Origin: Dehalococcoidia bacterium
GTDB taxonomy: Bacteria > Chloroflexota > Dehalococcoidia > GIF9 > AB-539-J10
Direction of reading: 5' to 3'
Assembly: GCA_030612025.1 (NCBI GenBank)
Contig: JAUWOR010000007.1
Span: forward strand, 1 to 64,000
DNA: 64,000 nt
The notes below the pieces were generated by a model. The model saw only the letters and a list, made by a program, of their open reading frames with translations, was not told the DNA's origin and did not search any database. This document shows, one piece after another, positions 41,816 through 52,989 of this stretch; positions within the stretch are counted from its first letter, which is position 1, and every line of letters begins with the position of its first letter. The position numbers and the translations under genes are program-made.

Positions 41816-42994
41816 TTATTTAACTTCCTCCATAGCCTTTAAAGTGCCCTGGTGAACTATTTTCCCATCAATGGTAACCAAAGCTTTTTTAACAATCTCA
41901 TCTTCTTGGTCTATCTTGAGTTCCTTAGCTTTAATCAGCGAATCAAGAAAGTTAGAAATATTGGTAGCATAAAGCCTGGTAGAATCCCTAGGCATCCTAC
42001 CAGGTATGTTTGCTATCCCACTTATGAGGACATCGTGTTCCCATATCTGCTTTCCGTGTTGAGTGAGACTACAATTCCCCCCTTGATCTATAGCCACATC
42101 ACAGATGATGGAACCCTTTTTCATTCCTGTTATCATTTCTCTAGTAATGAAAACTGGAGCTCTTTCACCAGGAATCAAGGCAGCGCTTATCACTATGTCA
42201 GACTCCTCAACCAGGGGTACTAGAGCCTCTTTCTCTTTTTCTAGCCACTCCTCAGGCAAAGCTTTAGCGTATCCTCCTTCCCCTATGGCTAAATCTGGAG
42301 GAACATCAAATCCGACAACTTTCGCCCCAAGACTAGCTGCTTGCTCCCGGGCATCAGGTCGAATATCTACAGCAGAAACAACCCCTCCTAATCTTTTAGC
42401 CGTAGCTATAGCCTGAAGTCCTACTATACCCGTCCCGATTATCAAAAATTTGGCTGGTTCTATCATACCAATGGCAGTCATGGTCATAGGAATAAACTTA
42501 GGAAAACAATTAGCCGCCATTATAGCTGACTTATATCCGGCAACTGTGCTCATCGAGGTTAAAGCATCCATCTTCTGAGCTCGAGTTATTCTGGGAATGC
42601 TATCCATGGTGAAAGAAATTATTTTTCTATCCCTAATCTTTTTGACCATCTCGTGATTGGTAGGAGAAGCAGGATGGAGAAAAGAAATAAGGACGGTGTT
42701 TTCCTTCATCATATCAATTTCGTGCTTATTTTTTTCGTGATTATATAAGGGCTCTTTAACCTTTAAAATTACGTTGGCCCTATCATAAAGGGCTTCCACA
42801 TCATCTATGATTTCAGCCCCGGCTATCCTGTATTCCTCATTCCCAAAAAGGGCACCTTCTCCAGCCGATTTTTCTACCAGCACCTTGATTCCCATTTCTA
42901 CATACTTCTTGCAAGTAGAAGGGATTGCTGATACTCTTTTTTCACCCTCCATTATCTCTTTTGGTATTCCCAGCACAATCTCTTTTGAATACAC
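41816..42994 (-). CDS. pntAa: NAD(P) transhydrogenase alpha subunit, part 1
   Basis: PKE, PRITRAQKMDALTSM, AGYK, G.GIVGLQA, EGGYAK, GGNC. Confidence 0.95.
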   Translation of the reverse strand: MYSKEIVLGIPKEIMEGEKRVSAIPSTCKKYVEMGIKVLVEKSAGEGALFGNEEYRIAGAEIIDDVEALYDRANVILKVKEPLYNHEKNKHEIDMMKENTVLISFLHPASPTNHEMVKKIRDRKIISFTMDSIPRITRAQKMDALTSMSTVAGYKSAIMAANCFPKFIPMTMTAIGMIEPAKFLIIGTGIVGLQAIATAKRLGGVVSAVDIRPDAREQAASLGAKVVGFDVPPDLAIGEGGYAKALPEEWLEKEKEALVPLVEESDIVISAALIPGERAPVFITREMITGMKKGSIICDVAIDQGGNCSLTQHGKQIWEHDVLISGIANIPGRMPRDSTRLYATNISNFLDSLIKAKELKIDQEDEIVKKALVTIDGKIVHQGTLKAMEEVK

Positions 42995-43120
42995 CTTCTA
43001 CCTCCTTTTGCGTCAATTTTTACAATTATATACCCCGATGGCAGTAAATTCTAGGCTCTATTGGCTCTATACTGAATTTTGTAGAAAATGGTAAGGTGGT
43101 AAGAACCACAGAGACAAAAA

Positions 43121-43310
43121 GGGGCTGTTTAAAAATGTAGTTGCCCTGTGTAGTAGCGAAGATTACTACACAGGGCGACTGTGCCTGATAAATCAAGCAA
43201 CTTTGGCCCTCCATTCATTAAGGCCTGATAAATCAGGCAACTACGAAAATTTGGGAGTGAAACACCTCCGAGATGGCTGAAATTGAACGGGGAATCAAAA
43301 TTAAACAGCC
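43121..43310. repeat. Palindromic MITE/REPIN-like element (family A)
   Basis: ggggctgtttaa...ttaaacagcc; right arm nearly identical to the reversed copy at 52061. Confidence 0.8.
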
Positions 43311-43504
43311 ACCGCGGGTGTGGAACTTGTGCCTCTCCACTCAAGATTGACTAAGCAGGCTGAGGCAGAAGCCCTAGGCCTTTATAAGGCAAGAAAAAAG
43401 AACGCCGGGGCTCCAATAAACCACTACCTTGGTAATGAACTCTTGGCACAAAAACTGCGGAATTTTGACTAAGGCCCGCCTAATTAGTTAAATTATAAGT
43501 ATAA

Positions 43505-44335
43505 ATGGCAGATTTACTCTTTGGTCCGGCAGGAGTTTCACTAAGCGCTAAGGAACGCTCCACAGAAAGTGGCATCCAACGCGTTGCTGAGCTAGGTTTA
43601 GGATGTATGGAGCTGGAATTCGTCCGAGGGGTGAAGATGAGCGAAAGGAGTGCTCTAGCTATAGGGCAACTAGCCAGAGAAAAGGGAGTGGCACTCAGTG
43701 CCCACGCTCCTTACTTCATAAACCTTAATGCTCAAGAGTTAGAGAAGATAAGAGCTAGTCAAGAAAGGTTGCTTCACACTGCTCGAATTGCCTCCCTGTG
43801 TGGTGCTAGAAGTGTGGTTTTTCACGCCGCCTATTATCTAAGTGACCCACCAAATAAAGTTTATGACACGGTGAAGAGACAACTACAGGAGGTAACAAAC
43901 AGACTAAGAATGGAAAGCAATAGAATTTGGATTAGACCGGAGAACACCGGGAAAGTTAGCCAATTCGGCACCCTAGACGAGGTGATAAAGCTAAGCAAAG
44001 AAATTGAGGGAATAACCCCTTGCATCGATTTCGCTCATTGGCATGCTCGAACAGGGAATTTCAATTCCTACCCTGAATTTACTGCTACCTTGGAACAAAT
44101 AGGAAACAAACTGGGAAGAGCAACCTTGGATAATATGCACATACATGCCTCGGGAATAGCCTATGGGGAAAAAGGCGAAATTAAACACTTAAATATGAAA
44201 GAATCCGACTTCAATTATGTTGACCTAGTTAAAGCCTTGAAAGATTATAAGGTTAAAGGATTGGTTATCAGTGAAAGTCCCAACCTAGAAGAAGATGCCC
44301 TCCTTTTACAGGAGACTTACAATTCCTGTATGTGA
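43505..44335 (+). CDS. Endonuclease IV-like TIM-barrel AP endonuclease
   Basis: FGPAG, HAPYFINL, VFHAA, PENTGK, DFAH.HAR, ESPNLE. Confidence 0.85.
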   Translation: MADLLFGPAGVSLSAKERSTESGIQRVAELGLGCMELEFVRGVKMSERSALAIGQLAREKGVALSAHAPYFINLNAQELEKIRASQERLLHTARIASLCGARSVVFHAAYYLSDPPNKVYDTVKRQLQEVTNRLRMESNRIWIRPENTGKVSQFGTLDEVIKLSKEIEGITPCIDFAHWHARTGNFNSYPEFTATLEQIGNKLGRATLDNMHIHASGIAYGEKGEIKHLNMKESDFNYVDLVKALKDYKVKGLVISESPNLEEDALLLQETYNSCM

Positions 44336-44402
44336 TGCTTCGCTACTTCCAGCAATTTTTTCCATTTATAGTGTTTGTGCTATAATAAACGTGAGTTAAA
44401 CT

Positions 44403-46235
44403 ATGAAACCGAAATCGTGGCCCAATAGCCTTGTCTACTTACTACTTCTAGCAGTGATAGTAGCCACTGTATTTGTTTTTTTACCAAGCAGTGGTAAACC
44501 TCAAGAGGTAGGAATTACCGAATTCATCACCTACATTAAACAAGGGGAAATTGACCATATCGTGCAGAAGGAAAACACCCTTACTGGTTCGTATGGTGAA
44601 GAGGAAAGATATACTGCCGACTATTATGGCACTACCAATGACCTGGTGGCTATCCTTAGCGATAACGGAGTTAACGTCGGCGAAGGTGGGATAAGCCTCG
44701 ATGTTAAAGCTAGCGGCATTGATTGGGGAATGATAGCCCTGCAAATCCTCTTACCAATTATGTTGATTGGGGCGTTATTCTATTTTTTATTCCGCTCAGC
44801 CCGTGGAGCCGGCACGCAAGCCTTCAATTTTGGTAAAAGCCGCGCCCGACTAAGTTCCGGCAATAAACCTACGGTAACTTTTGCCGATGTCGCTGGAACT
44901 GAGGAGGCCAAAGAAGAGGTTCAAGAGGTGGTGGATTTTCTCAAATCACCCCAGAAATTCCGCACATTGGGGGCTCGCATCCCTCGAGGTGTGCTCCTAG
45001 TAGGACCGCCAGGGACAGGCAAAACATTGCTGGCTAAAGCTATAGCTGGGGAGGCCAATGTGCCTTTTTACTCCATTAGCGGCAGTGAATTTGTGGAGAT
45101 GTTTGTCGGCGTTGGCGCTGCTAGAGTCAGGGACCTTTTTGAGCAAGCCAAACGTAACTCACCATGCATAGTTTTTATGGATGAAATTGATGCCGTAGGC
45201 CGACACCGTGGCGCTGGCTTGGGTGGAGGACATGATGAAAGAGAGCAAACTCTAAATCAAATCCTATCTGAGATGGATGGCTTTGACACCAATACTAACA
45301 TTATTGTCCTGGCTGCCACCAATCGTCCCGATATTCTCGATCCAGCCTTACTACGCCCTGGCCGCTTTGATCGTCATATCGTCGTCGATTTACCTGATAT
45401 CAATGGCCGCAAAGCTATTTTAGAAGTACATGCCAAGGGCATGTCCCTGGCCAAAGAAGTCAACCTGGAAACAGTAGCTAAGGGAACACCTGGTTTTAGC
45501 GGCGCTGACCTAGCCAGCCTAATTAACGAAGCAGCTATTTTGGCTGCTAGACGCAACCGCAAAGATATTAGCTTAAAGGAGCTAGAGGATGCTGCCGATC
45601 GAGTTATCGCTGGGCCTGAGAAAAAAAGCCGGGTAATCATCCAGAAAGAAAAGGAAATAATCGCCTATCATGAAAGTGGACATGCTCTGACAGCCAGGAT
45701 GTTGCCCAATGCTGACCCGGTGCACAAAGTTTCCATTATTGCTCGAGGAGTAATGGGAGGCTGGACGCGCTTCTTACCAACCGAGGACCGCTATTTATGG
45801 AGCCGCTCTCAATTTGATGACAGATTAGCAGTAAGCTTAGGTGGACGGGTTGCCGAGGAAATCAGCTTTGGAGAAATAACTACCGGGGCACAAAATGACT
45901 TAGCCGAGGCAACTAAATTAGCCCGGAGGATGGTTACTGAATACGGGATGAGCGATAAATTGGGACCGCGAACTTTCGGGCAAAGACAGGAACTTGTTTT
46001 CTTAGGTCGCGAGATTAGCGAGCAAAGAGATTACAGCGATAAGACAGCTCAAAAGATAGATGAAGAGGTACACGATATTATTCAGCGTGCCTATAATACT
46101 GCCAAGAAAATACTGACCAAAAACAAAGCCAAACTAAAGCAAATCGCTGAGGAACTCATCGCTCACGAAACTCTGGAGGAACCAGCGCTCAATAAGCTAT
46201 TTGAAGGATTAACACCACAAACAGCCTCCAGCTAA
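44403..46235 (+). CDS. ftsH: ATP-dependent zinc metalloprotease FtsH
   Basis: Two TM helices, [30 protein letters not shown]. Confidence 0.97.
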   Translation: MKPKSWPNSLVYLLLLAVIVATVFVFLPSSGKPQEVGITEFITYIKQGEIDHIVQKENTLTGSYGEEERYTADYYGTTNDLVAILSDNGVNVGEGGISLDVKASGIDWGMIALQILLPIMLIGALFYFLFRSARGAGTQAFNFGKSRARLSSGNKPTVTFADVAGTEEAKEEVQEVVDFLKSPQKFRTLGARIPRGVLLVGPPGTGKTLLAKAIAGEANVPFYSISGSEFVEMFVGVGAARVRDLFEQAKRNSPCIVFMDEIDAVGRHRGAGLGGGHDEREQTLNQILSEMDGFDTNTNIIVLAATNRPDILDPALLRPGRFDRHIVVDLPDINGRKAILEVHAKGMSLAKEVNLETVAKGTPGFSGADLASLINEAAILAARRNRKDISLKELEDAADRVIAGPEKKSRVIIQKEKEIIAYHESGHALTARMLPNADPVHKVSIIARGVMGGWTRFLPTEDRYLWSRSQFDDRLAVSLGGRVAEEISFGEITTGAQNDLAEATKLARRMVTEYGMSDKLGPRTFGQRQELVFLGREISEQRDYSDKTAQKIDEEVHDIIQRAYNTAKKILTKNKAKLKQIAEELIAHETLEEPALNKLFEGLTPQTASS

Positions 46236-46268
46236 AAGGTTTTGTTAACTTCTTCTGCCCTTACCTCA

Positions 46269-47939
46269 CTAATAAGCTACATGGCCAACTTGGCTGGCTT
46301 CTTGAGCAATAACACTATCATCCAGCTTAACAAATAGTGGCTGGGGCTGGCGAAGTTTCTGCCCCGGCACTGGCGACTGAAGCTTCCAACCTGCCTCACT
46401 GACGCTCCCCACAAAGCCAAGAGAAGTGTGGAGCTTCTCAGAGCTAAAGGGAAGAAAGGGGTAGAAAGCAGTCTTTAAAACTGATAATACGGACAAGACA
46501 GTATAGGCAGACTTGGCCGAGGTTTCTGGGGATTTTTTAATCGTTTTCCAGGGAGCCTGGTCATCAAGATACCGATTAGCTTCTTGAGCCAAGAACATAA
46601 TCTGTCTAATCGCTTCTCTGAAACTACAGCGATAAAGCGCTCTATCAACATCGCTTAGAGTAGTCTCAGCCTTATGAAGCAACCCCTGGCTTTGCTCATC
46701 AAGTTCGCCTGGCGCGGGCACCATTCCGTTGAAATTGCGATAAGCAAAAGTAAGGATACGATGCGCTAGGTTACCATAAGTAGCTACCAGCTCATCGTTA
46801 TTGCGGCGAACAAATCTATCCCAAGAAAAATCGCTATCCCTGGCCTCAGGCATATTTATGGATAAAATGTAGCGCAGAGGGTCCGGGTCATATCTCTCCA
46901 GATAATCAGGTAGCCAAACTGCCCAATTCCGGCTGGTGGAAAGCTTCTTGCCTTCAATAGTTAAAAATTCATTGGCGGGAACATCGTAGGGAACATTTAA
47001 TCCGCCATAGCCTATCAGCATCGCTGGCCAGATTAAGGTATGGAAAAAAATGTTGTCCTTGCCGATGAAATAAAAACTCTTGGACTCCCCTGTCCAAAAA
47101 GGTTGCCAAGCTGCGTCATCGCCATGCAGCTTTGCCCACTCTTTACTGGCTGACAAATAACCAATAACTGCCTCAAACCAGACGTAAATTCGCTTCTGCT
47201 CAAAGCCCGATTGCGGCACAGTCACTCCCCAATCTATATCACGGGTTATAGCCCTATCCCTTAATCCTTCATGCAAAAATTTCCAAGTGGTGCTAAGTAC
47301 ATTATGCCGCCAGTGAGACTGCTCTTTTATCCATGCCGTCAATTTATCCTGAAAAGAAGTAAGGCGTAGGAAAAAGTGCTCCGAGGTCTCAAACCGCGCT
47401 GGGGCGCCACAAAGATAGCAGCGAATATTCTCAAGCTCTGAGGGATTTAAAGGTTTACCACATTCATCACATTGATCGCCTCGCGCTTTGGGAAAGCTGC
47501 AATAAGGACATGTACCCTCAAGATAACGGTCAGGAAGAAACCTCTGGCACTTAGGACAGTAAGCCTGAAGCATCTTATCCTTGTAAATATAGCCATTATT
47601 GAGCAAAGTAAGAAATATATCATGCGTAACCTGAGCATGATTTGCAGTGCCTGTAGTAGTAAATAAGTCAAAGGAGATGCCCAATTTTTGCCAGCAATCG
47701 ATAAATTGCTGATGATATTTAGATGCTATTTCCTGTGGCGACTTGGATTCCTGCTCAGCTCGAATAGTAATGGGTGCTCCGTGCTGATCACTCCCTGAAA
47801 CCATTAGCACATCGTCGCCTTTGAGGCGATGATAACGAGCAAAAATATCTGCTGGCAAATAAGCCCCGGCAATATGTCCTAAATGTAAAGAACCATTGGC
47901 ATAAGGCCAAGCAACACCTATAAAGATACGCTCACTCAA
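46269..47939 (-). CDS. metG: Methionine-tRNA ligase
   Basis: PYANGSLHLGH, GSDQHG, Zn knuckles, YVWFEA, GKDN, KLSTS; probable TTG start after ggagg. Confidence 0.96.
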   Translation of the reverse strand: MSERIFIGVAWPYANGSLHLGHIAGAYLPADIFARYHRLKGDDVLMVSGSDQHGAPITIRAEQESKSPQEIASKYHQQFIDCWQKLGISFDLFTTTGTANHAQVTHDIFLTLLNNGYIYKDKMLQAYCPKCQRFLPDRYLEGTCPYCSFPKARGDQCDECGKPLNPSELENIRCYLCGAPARFETSEHFFLRLTSFQDKLTAWIKEQSHWRHNVLSTTWKFLHEGLRDRAITRDIDWGVTVPQSGFEQKRIYVWFEAVIGYLSASKEWAKLHGDDAAWQPFWTGESKSFYFIGKDNIFFHTLIWPAMLIGYGGLNVPYDVPANEFLTIEGKKLSTSRNWAVWLPDYLERYDPDPLRYILSINMPEARDSDFSWDRFVRRNNDELVATYGNLAHRILTFAYRNFNGMVPAPGELDEQSQGLLHKAETTLSDVDRALYRCSFREAIRQIMFLAQEANRYLDDQAPWKTIKKSPETSAKSAYTVLSVLSVLKTAFYPFLPFSSEKLHTSLGFVGSVSEAGWKLQSPVPGQKLRQPQPLFVKLDDSVIAQEASQVGHVAY

Positions 47940-47954
47940 GAAAGCCTCCAAATT

Positions 47955-48025
47955 TAGCTTTCAGCTCTCAGTCTTCAGCTATCAACTGTCAAGTAACATC
48001 TGACCACTGAGTGCTGACCGCTTCT
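47955..48025. repeat. Short ~7-bp tandem repeats arranged as an inverted pair
   Basis: agctttc agctctc agtcttc agctatc, then tgaccac tgagtgc tgaccgc. Confidence 0.55.
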
Positions 48026-48033
48026 TATCATGC

Positions 48034-48237
48034 CTAGTCCTCAGGGAAAAAGGTGATTATTTTCTCTCCCTTTTCCGTCTTATAGGAAGCATAACCGCGG
48101 CTTAAGCAGCAATCAAGACAAAAACGTTGACTCTGCTCCCCCACATCATCAGCCACTAAATAACGCTCACCATATTCCAGAAATCTATGACAGATGTCGC
48201 ATTGCACTTTGCTTATAGCGATACAGCCACAACGCAA
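48034..48237 (-). CDS. Small Cys-rich (CxxC) hypothetical protein
   Basis: CDIC and CLDC pairs; RBS aggag; co-oriented upstream of metG. Confidence 0.7.
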   Translation of the reverse strand: MRCGCIAISKVQCDICHRFLEYGERYLVADDVGEQSQRFCLDCCLSRGYASYKTEKGEKIITFFPED

Positions 48238-48472
48238 TTTAATCTCCTTCAGCAGGCTTTGTCCAGCCTGCTACAAACTTCGCTTCCCATTAAAGGTATA
48301 AGACGCCTAAGAAGGTATCACCCTGTCGTCCACCAATAGCAGCGGTGAAAATAGGCAAAAACAAACATAGCCGATAATTATAGCCCTTAATTACAATTCC
48401 ATCCACCCGTCTTGACTCCAAACTGTCACCCTTGTATAGTTTACAACAATTATCTCTCCGAAGAAGAAAAAA

Positions 48473-49618
48473 ATGCCTCAGCTTAAATTCAAAGAAATGG
48501 TGCCAACATATGGGTTTGACGACGTAGCCCTTGTCCCTGGCGATGTAACCATCAACCCTGACCAGACAAATATAGATTTTATTATTGGTAATTTTAAATT
48601 CTCCATCCCCATCCTAGCCTCAGCCATGGATGCTGTTGTTGATCCCACCTTAGCCATCAAGTTTGGCAAACTGGGAGGCCTAGCTGTCCTCAACCTCGAG
48701 GGAGTACAGACAAGGTATGAAAATCCTGACGAAATTCTGGAGCAAATTGCTCAAGCTCTGGAAATCGAGGTTACTTCTCTGCTGCAAAAGATTTACTCCG
48801 CACCTATTAAGGAAAATCTTATCGCTGACTGCATCAGCAAGGTCAAACAAGGAGGCGTCACCTGTGCCGCCTCACTAACCCCAGCCAATACCAAACGACT
48901 AGCTCCAATAGCCAAGGAAGCCGGGATTGACGTGCTAGTAGTGCAATCTACAATTACCACCGCCAAGCATATCTCCAAGAGCTACCGAGGGCTTATCTTG
49001 TCCGAATTATGCCAGATGCTGTCCTTGCCCATCATAGTGGGCAACTGCTGCAGCTATAGCGCCGCATTAGAGTTGATGAGAACAGGGATTGATGCCATTT
49101 TAGTCGGCGTCGGTCCTGGAGCTGCCTGTACCACCAGAGAAGTCATCGGCGTTGGCGTTCCCCAGATAACTGCCACCATGGATTGCGCTGCTGCTAGAGA
49201 GACTTATTTTAAAGAGGGTGGTAAATATGTATCAGTCATAACTGATGGAGGCATTCGCATTGGCGGTGACTTGTGTAAAGCATTTGCCGCTGGCGCCGAT
49301 GCTGTCATGGTTGGTTCACCACTAGCTCAGGCTACGGAGGCTCCGGGTAGAGGTTATCATTGGGGTATGTCTCAGCCTCACCCAGTATTGCCTAGAGGGA
49401 CACGTATCAAAGTTGGCACCGCTGCTCCCTTAGAACAAATTCTCTTCGGACCCACTACTGTTACCGATGGGACGCAAAACCTGGTTGGTGCCTTGCACAC
49501 CAGCATGGGAATCTGCGGTGCTCGAACCATTAAAGAAATGCATAAAGTTAAGATGATCATTGCTCCAGCTATAAAGACAGAAGGAAAATACTTCCAGGCA
49601 GCCCAAAGTATTCCTTGA
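48473..49618 (+). CDS. GuaB3-type IMP dehydrogenase-related protein
   Basis: [34 protein letters not shown]; no CBS domains. Confidence 0.88.
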   Translation: MPQLKFKEMVPTYGFDDVALVPGDVTINPDQTNIDFIIGNFKFSIPILASAMDAVVDPTLAIKFGKLGGLAVLNLEGVQTRYENPDEILEQIAQALEIEVTSLLQKIYSAPIKENLIADCISKVKQGGVTCAASLTPANTKRLAPIAKEAGIDVLVVQSTITTAKHISKSYRGLILSELCQMLSLPIIVGNCCSYSAALELMRTGIDAILVGVGPGAACTTREVIGVGVPQITATMDCAAARETYFKEGGKYVSVITDGGIRIGGDLCKAFAAGADAVMVGSPLAQATEAPGRGYHWGMSQPHPVLPRGTRIKVGTAAPLEQILFGPTTVTDGTQNLVGALHTSMGICGARTIKEMHKVKMIIAPAIKTEGKYFQAAQSIP

Positions 49619-49621
49619 TTT

Positions 49622-50236
49622 TTAAAGAAACGCACTAATACAAAACCAGACTCCAAAGCCAACCAGTACAAAAGCACAAACACTAAACACAACTCTCTGC
49701 ACCTTTCGTGTCCACCACTTCCTCGACTTAAACGTACCCGCAGAGAGAACTTCATACCAGGTTAAATCGCAAAGCCAGTGCACCAAGGTGAAAAGAGCAA
49801 TGCCAATAAGCCCAAACCTGGTAGCGCCAACTATCAGGACTATGCCTATAGTCACCCACCATATATAAAAAGCGGGGTTGGCTCCCGTGATCACAATGCC
49901 AGTGACTAAAGAACTAGTTGGCAGCCCGCCTATTTCTCCAACCGCATTGCCAGCAGTTCGAAACACCCGGAAACCCAGGTAAAATAACATCAGGCCGCCC
50001 ACTATATATATAACCTTCACAACCTGCGGAGAGCCGATGAGATGCCCCAACCCCAAATAAATTGCTGCTATGAGCGGTATCTCGATGACAGCATGCCCTA
50101 CGGCAATCAAGGCACCGGCATTTTTATCACCATAACCTTTGGCTATTGTGGCGGCAGTAAGTGGCCCTGGCAGCATAACACCAGTAAGGGAAATACCAAC
50201 TGCCGATAATAGAAATAAACCAAGGTTTGTCTCCAT
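49622..50236 (-). CDS. LysE family translocator
   Basis: GVMLPGP, GHAVIE, NPAFYIWW; hydrophobic. Confidence 0.85.
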   Translation of the reverse strand: METNLGLFLLSAVGISLTGVMLPGPLTAATIAKGYGDKNAGALIAVGHAVIEIPLIAAIYLGLGHLIGSPQVVKVIYIVGGLMLFYLGFRVFRTAGNAVGEIGGLPTSSLVTGIVITGANPAFYIWWVTIGIVLIVGATRFGLIGIALFTLVHWLCDLTWYEVLSAGTFKSRKWWTRKVQRVVFSVCAFVLVGFGVWFCISAFL

Positions 50237-50264
50237 AATTTATTGGGGCAAATGCAGATTTAGG

Positions 50265-51026
50265 CTAGATTTCCTCCTCTTCCTCCTCCTCAGCAGTTAT
50301 GTCCCCTCCATAATGAGGAAGCACCACACCCACCTTGCCTCGTCGGTGTTTAGCCCTTTTAGGCAGATTATCAATCATTTTCCTTAATTCTGTGAATGCT
50401 TCTACTGGCTGTGCTGGCGGAATAACTATGCCATCCATCCCAGCCTCCCATAAATTACCGAGCTCGGCACTGGTGATCAGTGAAGGTAAAGTTACCACAA
50501 GCGGCTTATCCAATAGCTCACTGAACCTTCGGCAAATGAGCAGATATTCCACAGTAATAAATGACTCCTCGCCTCTGTTAATAAACACACCGTCTATCTC
50601 AAGAGCATTAATAGCTCTAACCAAGCCCTGATCCAACGAAGGTTCTATCACCAGAAATTTACCCGCCCCTTCTCCTCGCAGTGCTGCCACAGATGCCTTC
50701 ATATCAAAAACTACAAAGTCGCAGCCTGAGTCAACAAGCTCAGCAGCCCTCTTTTTGCTCATCCCCTTTATAACCACTCCCAGAGGAATATCGCCCATAG
50801 CCTTGACCATTTCCTTCAGGCTTTCGACCTTGGAATTTTGCTTCAATATCAGCCCAGCATCCACATTGCTACCAGTTAAGGCATCAGCTTCCTTGACATC
50901 TACCCCAGCCAACCCGGCAACAAGCAACATCGGTGAGCTTTTCAGTTTGCTGGCAGCCGCATGGAAACCTATGGGTGATGCTGAAGACTTGGAAAGGTTA
51001 TGCAATTTATCCACAAATTTGCTCAT
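50265..51026 (-). CDS. Hypothetical protein (possible TIM-barrel, acidic tail)
   Basis: Start re-assigned to MSKFVDKL; the longer ORF-track call runs through the tRNA. Confidence 0.7.
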   Translation of the reverse strand: MSKFVDKLHNLSKSSASPIGFHAAASKLKSSPMLLVAGLAGVDVKEADALTGSNVDAGLILKQNSKVESLKEMVKAMGDIPLGVVIKGMSKKRAAELVDSGCDFVVFDMKASVAALRGEGAGKFLVIEPSLDQGLVRAINALEIDGVFINRGEESFITVEYLLICRRFSELLDKPLVVTLPSLITSAELGNLWEAGMDGIVIPPAQPVEAFTELRKMIDNLPKRAKHRRGKVGVVLPHYGGDITAEEEEEEEI

Positions 51027-51037
51027 CTTACCCCCAA

Positions 51038-51109
51038 AGCCAGCGGTCGGATTCGAACCGACGACCGGCGGTTTACGAAACCGCTGCTCTACCCCTGAGC
51101 TACGCTGGC
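51038..51109 (-). tRNA. tRNA-Thr(CGT)
   Basis: GCCAGCG acceptor, GCTC/GAGC D-stem, GCGGT-TTCGTAA-ACCGC anticodon arm, GTCGG-TTCGAAT-CCGAC T-arm. Confidence 0.96.
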
Positions 51110-51314
51110 ACGAGATTAGTATAGCTGATGAGATAGGCTCTGACAAACGGTCTTACTAAAATCGCCAAAGCTACTCAGATAGGGGAGTTGAACAACGGTT
51201 TTCTCTAAAACAGACTTCAGAATGATGGGCACACCAATCTATATATAGCGTCCTAAATAATTGCGCATAGACCCTTCAGGCTGAGCCCTCAGGACGAAGT
51301 CCTGTGCAGGGATT

Positions 51315-51470
51315 AAATCCTAAGCAATATCTAAATTCAAAGATAAAAAATCAAAATTACAAATCAAAGCTCAAAATTAAAATTGCGGGCGCTCTTGACC
51401 ATCTATTTTGAATTTTGCTCTGTCATTTTTCCTTTTGCATTTTGATACTTGAATTTATTTAGAATTTGCC
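51315..51470. repeat. AT-rich short-repeat inverted array
   Basis: aaatcaaa/aattcaaa units followed by tttgaattt/tttgcattt units. Confidence 0.55.
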
Positions 51471-51475
51471 CGTAT

Positions 51476-52036
51476 TCATTCCTCTATAGTTATTCGCATT
51501 ATGGTGTCACCCTGTTCAATTTTTTCCAGGATATCCCTTCCCTCTATTAGCTGACCAAAGACTGAGTGCTCACCATCAAGGTGATGCTGGGGTGTATAAG
51601 TAATGAAGAACTGGCAGCCATTGGTATTAGGTCCAGAATTAGCCATTGATAGGGCACCGGCAACATGGGTATGCTCGGTGAATTCATCAGCAAAGGAATA
51701 ACCAGGAGTGCCAGTTCCAGTTCCCGTAGGGTCTCCCCCTTGAGCCATAAAGCCCGGTATTACACGATGGAATGTGGTACCGTCGTAAAACCCCTCGCGG
51801 GCAAGGAAGACAAAGTTGTTGACAGTTACTGGAACATCACTAGCGAACAGCTCCAGCACTATATTCCCCTTTTCTGTCTGAATGGTAGCAATGTATTGCT
51901 TACTGGAATCAATTGTCATCGGTGGTGAGGCTGAGTAAGTTTTAGGCTTTGGCTCTCCACCAGCACATGACGTCGAAAGAAGTGCTAGCAGAACCAAGAT
52001 GATGCCAGCTATTCGGAACAGACCGCCAGTTGTCAT
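51476..52036 (-). CDS. Cyclophilin-type peptidyl-prolyl isomerase, lipoprotein
   Basis: [37 protein letters not shown]; aggagg before MTTGG. Confidence 0.93.
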   Translation of the reverse strand: MTTGGLFRIAGIILVLLALLSTSCAGGEPKPKTYSASPPMTIDSSKQYIATIQTEKGNIVLELFASDVPVTVNNFVFLAREGFYDGTTFHRVIPGFMAQGGDPTGTGTGTPGYSFADEFTEHTHVAGALSMANSGPNTNGCQFFITYTPQHHLDGEHSVFGQLIEGRDILEKIEQGDTIMRITIEE

Positions 52037-52060
52037 AAGCTTGCCTCCTTCTTTATTATA

Positions 52061-52192
52061 AAGCTGTTTAATTTTGATTCTCCGTTCAATTTCAGCCATC
52101 TCAGAGGTGTTTCATCCCCAAATTTTTGTAGTTGCCTGATTCATCAGGCACAGTCGCCCAATAAATTGGGCAACTACATTTTTAAACAGCCT
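52061..52192. repeat. Palindromic MITE/REPIN-like element (family A, reversed)
   Basis: gctgtttaattttg...gtagttgcctgat..cccaataaattggg..ttaaacagcc. Confidence 0.8.
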
Positions 52193-52239
52193 TTCTTATA
52201 AGGCTGTTTCGCAACACCTAACTGTCACTCTGAGTAAAG

Positions 52240-52590
52240 CTAAGAATCCCTCTTCTCACTTGCAAGGGACTTCTCCAGTTCAGCAATCAAATAAGGGAGA
52301 TCTTCGATAATCGTTTGATAAAGGATGTCAAAGTCAATGTCGTCATAGCCGTGAATCAGACGGTTACGCATCCCGATGATTTGTAGCCAAGGAATGCCAC
52401 CATACTTGGCCTGCCCTTCCGTGGAGACGCGGTTAGCTGCCTCTCCAACAACCTCGATCAATCTCACCAGCGAAAGGTTGAGCATTCGCTCGTTTTCAAT
52501 GTTATGCCTCGTTTTCCCGGCTGCCAATTCCACCGCCTCCTTTGCAGCGTCAAGCATATGTCGCAATCGGATCAAGTCATTCTTTGGCAT
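52240..52590 (-). CDS. HepT/DUF86 HEPN ribonuclease toxin
   Basis: EVVGEAA, IPW, GMRNRLIHGY (RxxxxH). Confidence 0.9.
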   Translation of the reverse strand: MPKNDLIRLRHMLDAAKEAVELAAGKTRHNIENERMLNLSLVRLIEVVGEAANRVSTEGQAKYGGIPWLQIIGMRNRLIHGYDDIDFDILYQTIIEDLPYLIAELEKSLASEKRDS

Positions 52591-52891
52591 ATTGCACCTC
52601 TGCTATTCTAACCACCTCATCGCGGAAATACCTGCTCAAACATTGCGCCGTGTTTATATCCACCTTACGCCCCCCAAATAATTTGGAAAGCTCCAATTCC
52701 ATACTTGCCAGACGGATAAATCCGGGGACATGCCCCGGCTCAAATTCCACCAGTACATCCACATCGCTCTCAGGGCGGAAGTCCTCACGCAGGGCCGAAC
52801 CAAATAAAGAAAGTTTACGGATATGGTGTTCCTGGCAGAATTCAACTATGTTCTCTCGAAGAATGTCAATCTGTATCTCGTTGTTCATCAC
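52577..52891 (-). CDS. MNT minimal nucleotidyltransferase antitoxin
   Basis: LFGS.LR.DF..ESDVDVLVEF, RKVD; overlaps hepT. Confidence 0.9.
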   Translation of the reverse strand: MMNNEIQIDILRENIVEFCQEHHIRKLSLFGSALREDFRPESDVDVLVEFEPGHVPGFIRLASMELELSKLFGGRKVDINTAQCLSRYFRDEVVRIAEVQYAKE

Positions 52892-52989
52892 TGCATCTTA
52901 ATCATTTCTCAGAGGCATATTCTGCCTGGAGAAACTCACGGCTATCGAATCTGCCACAACATTGAATTTTAGCACGAATTCTACTAGCT

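Noticed and set aside
43026-43344. Short ORFs containing CLIYQA (also 35745-36017, 20323-20658)
   Set aside because: Translations of the REP/MITE repeats
51027-51146. N-terminal extension of ORF 50265..51146
   Set aside because: It is the tRNA-Thr sequence read as protein
52037-52099. N-terminal extension of the cyclophilin ORF
   Set aside because: It lies in a MITE; the RBS precedes the ATG at 52036
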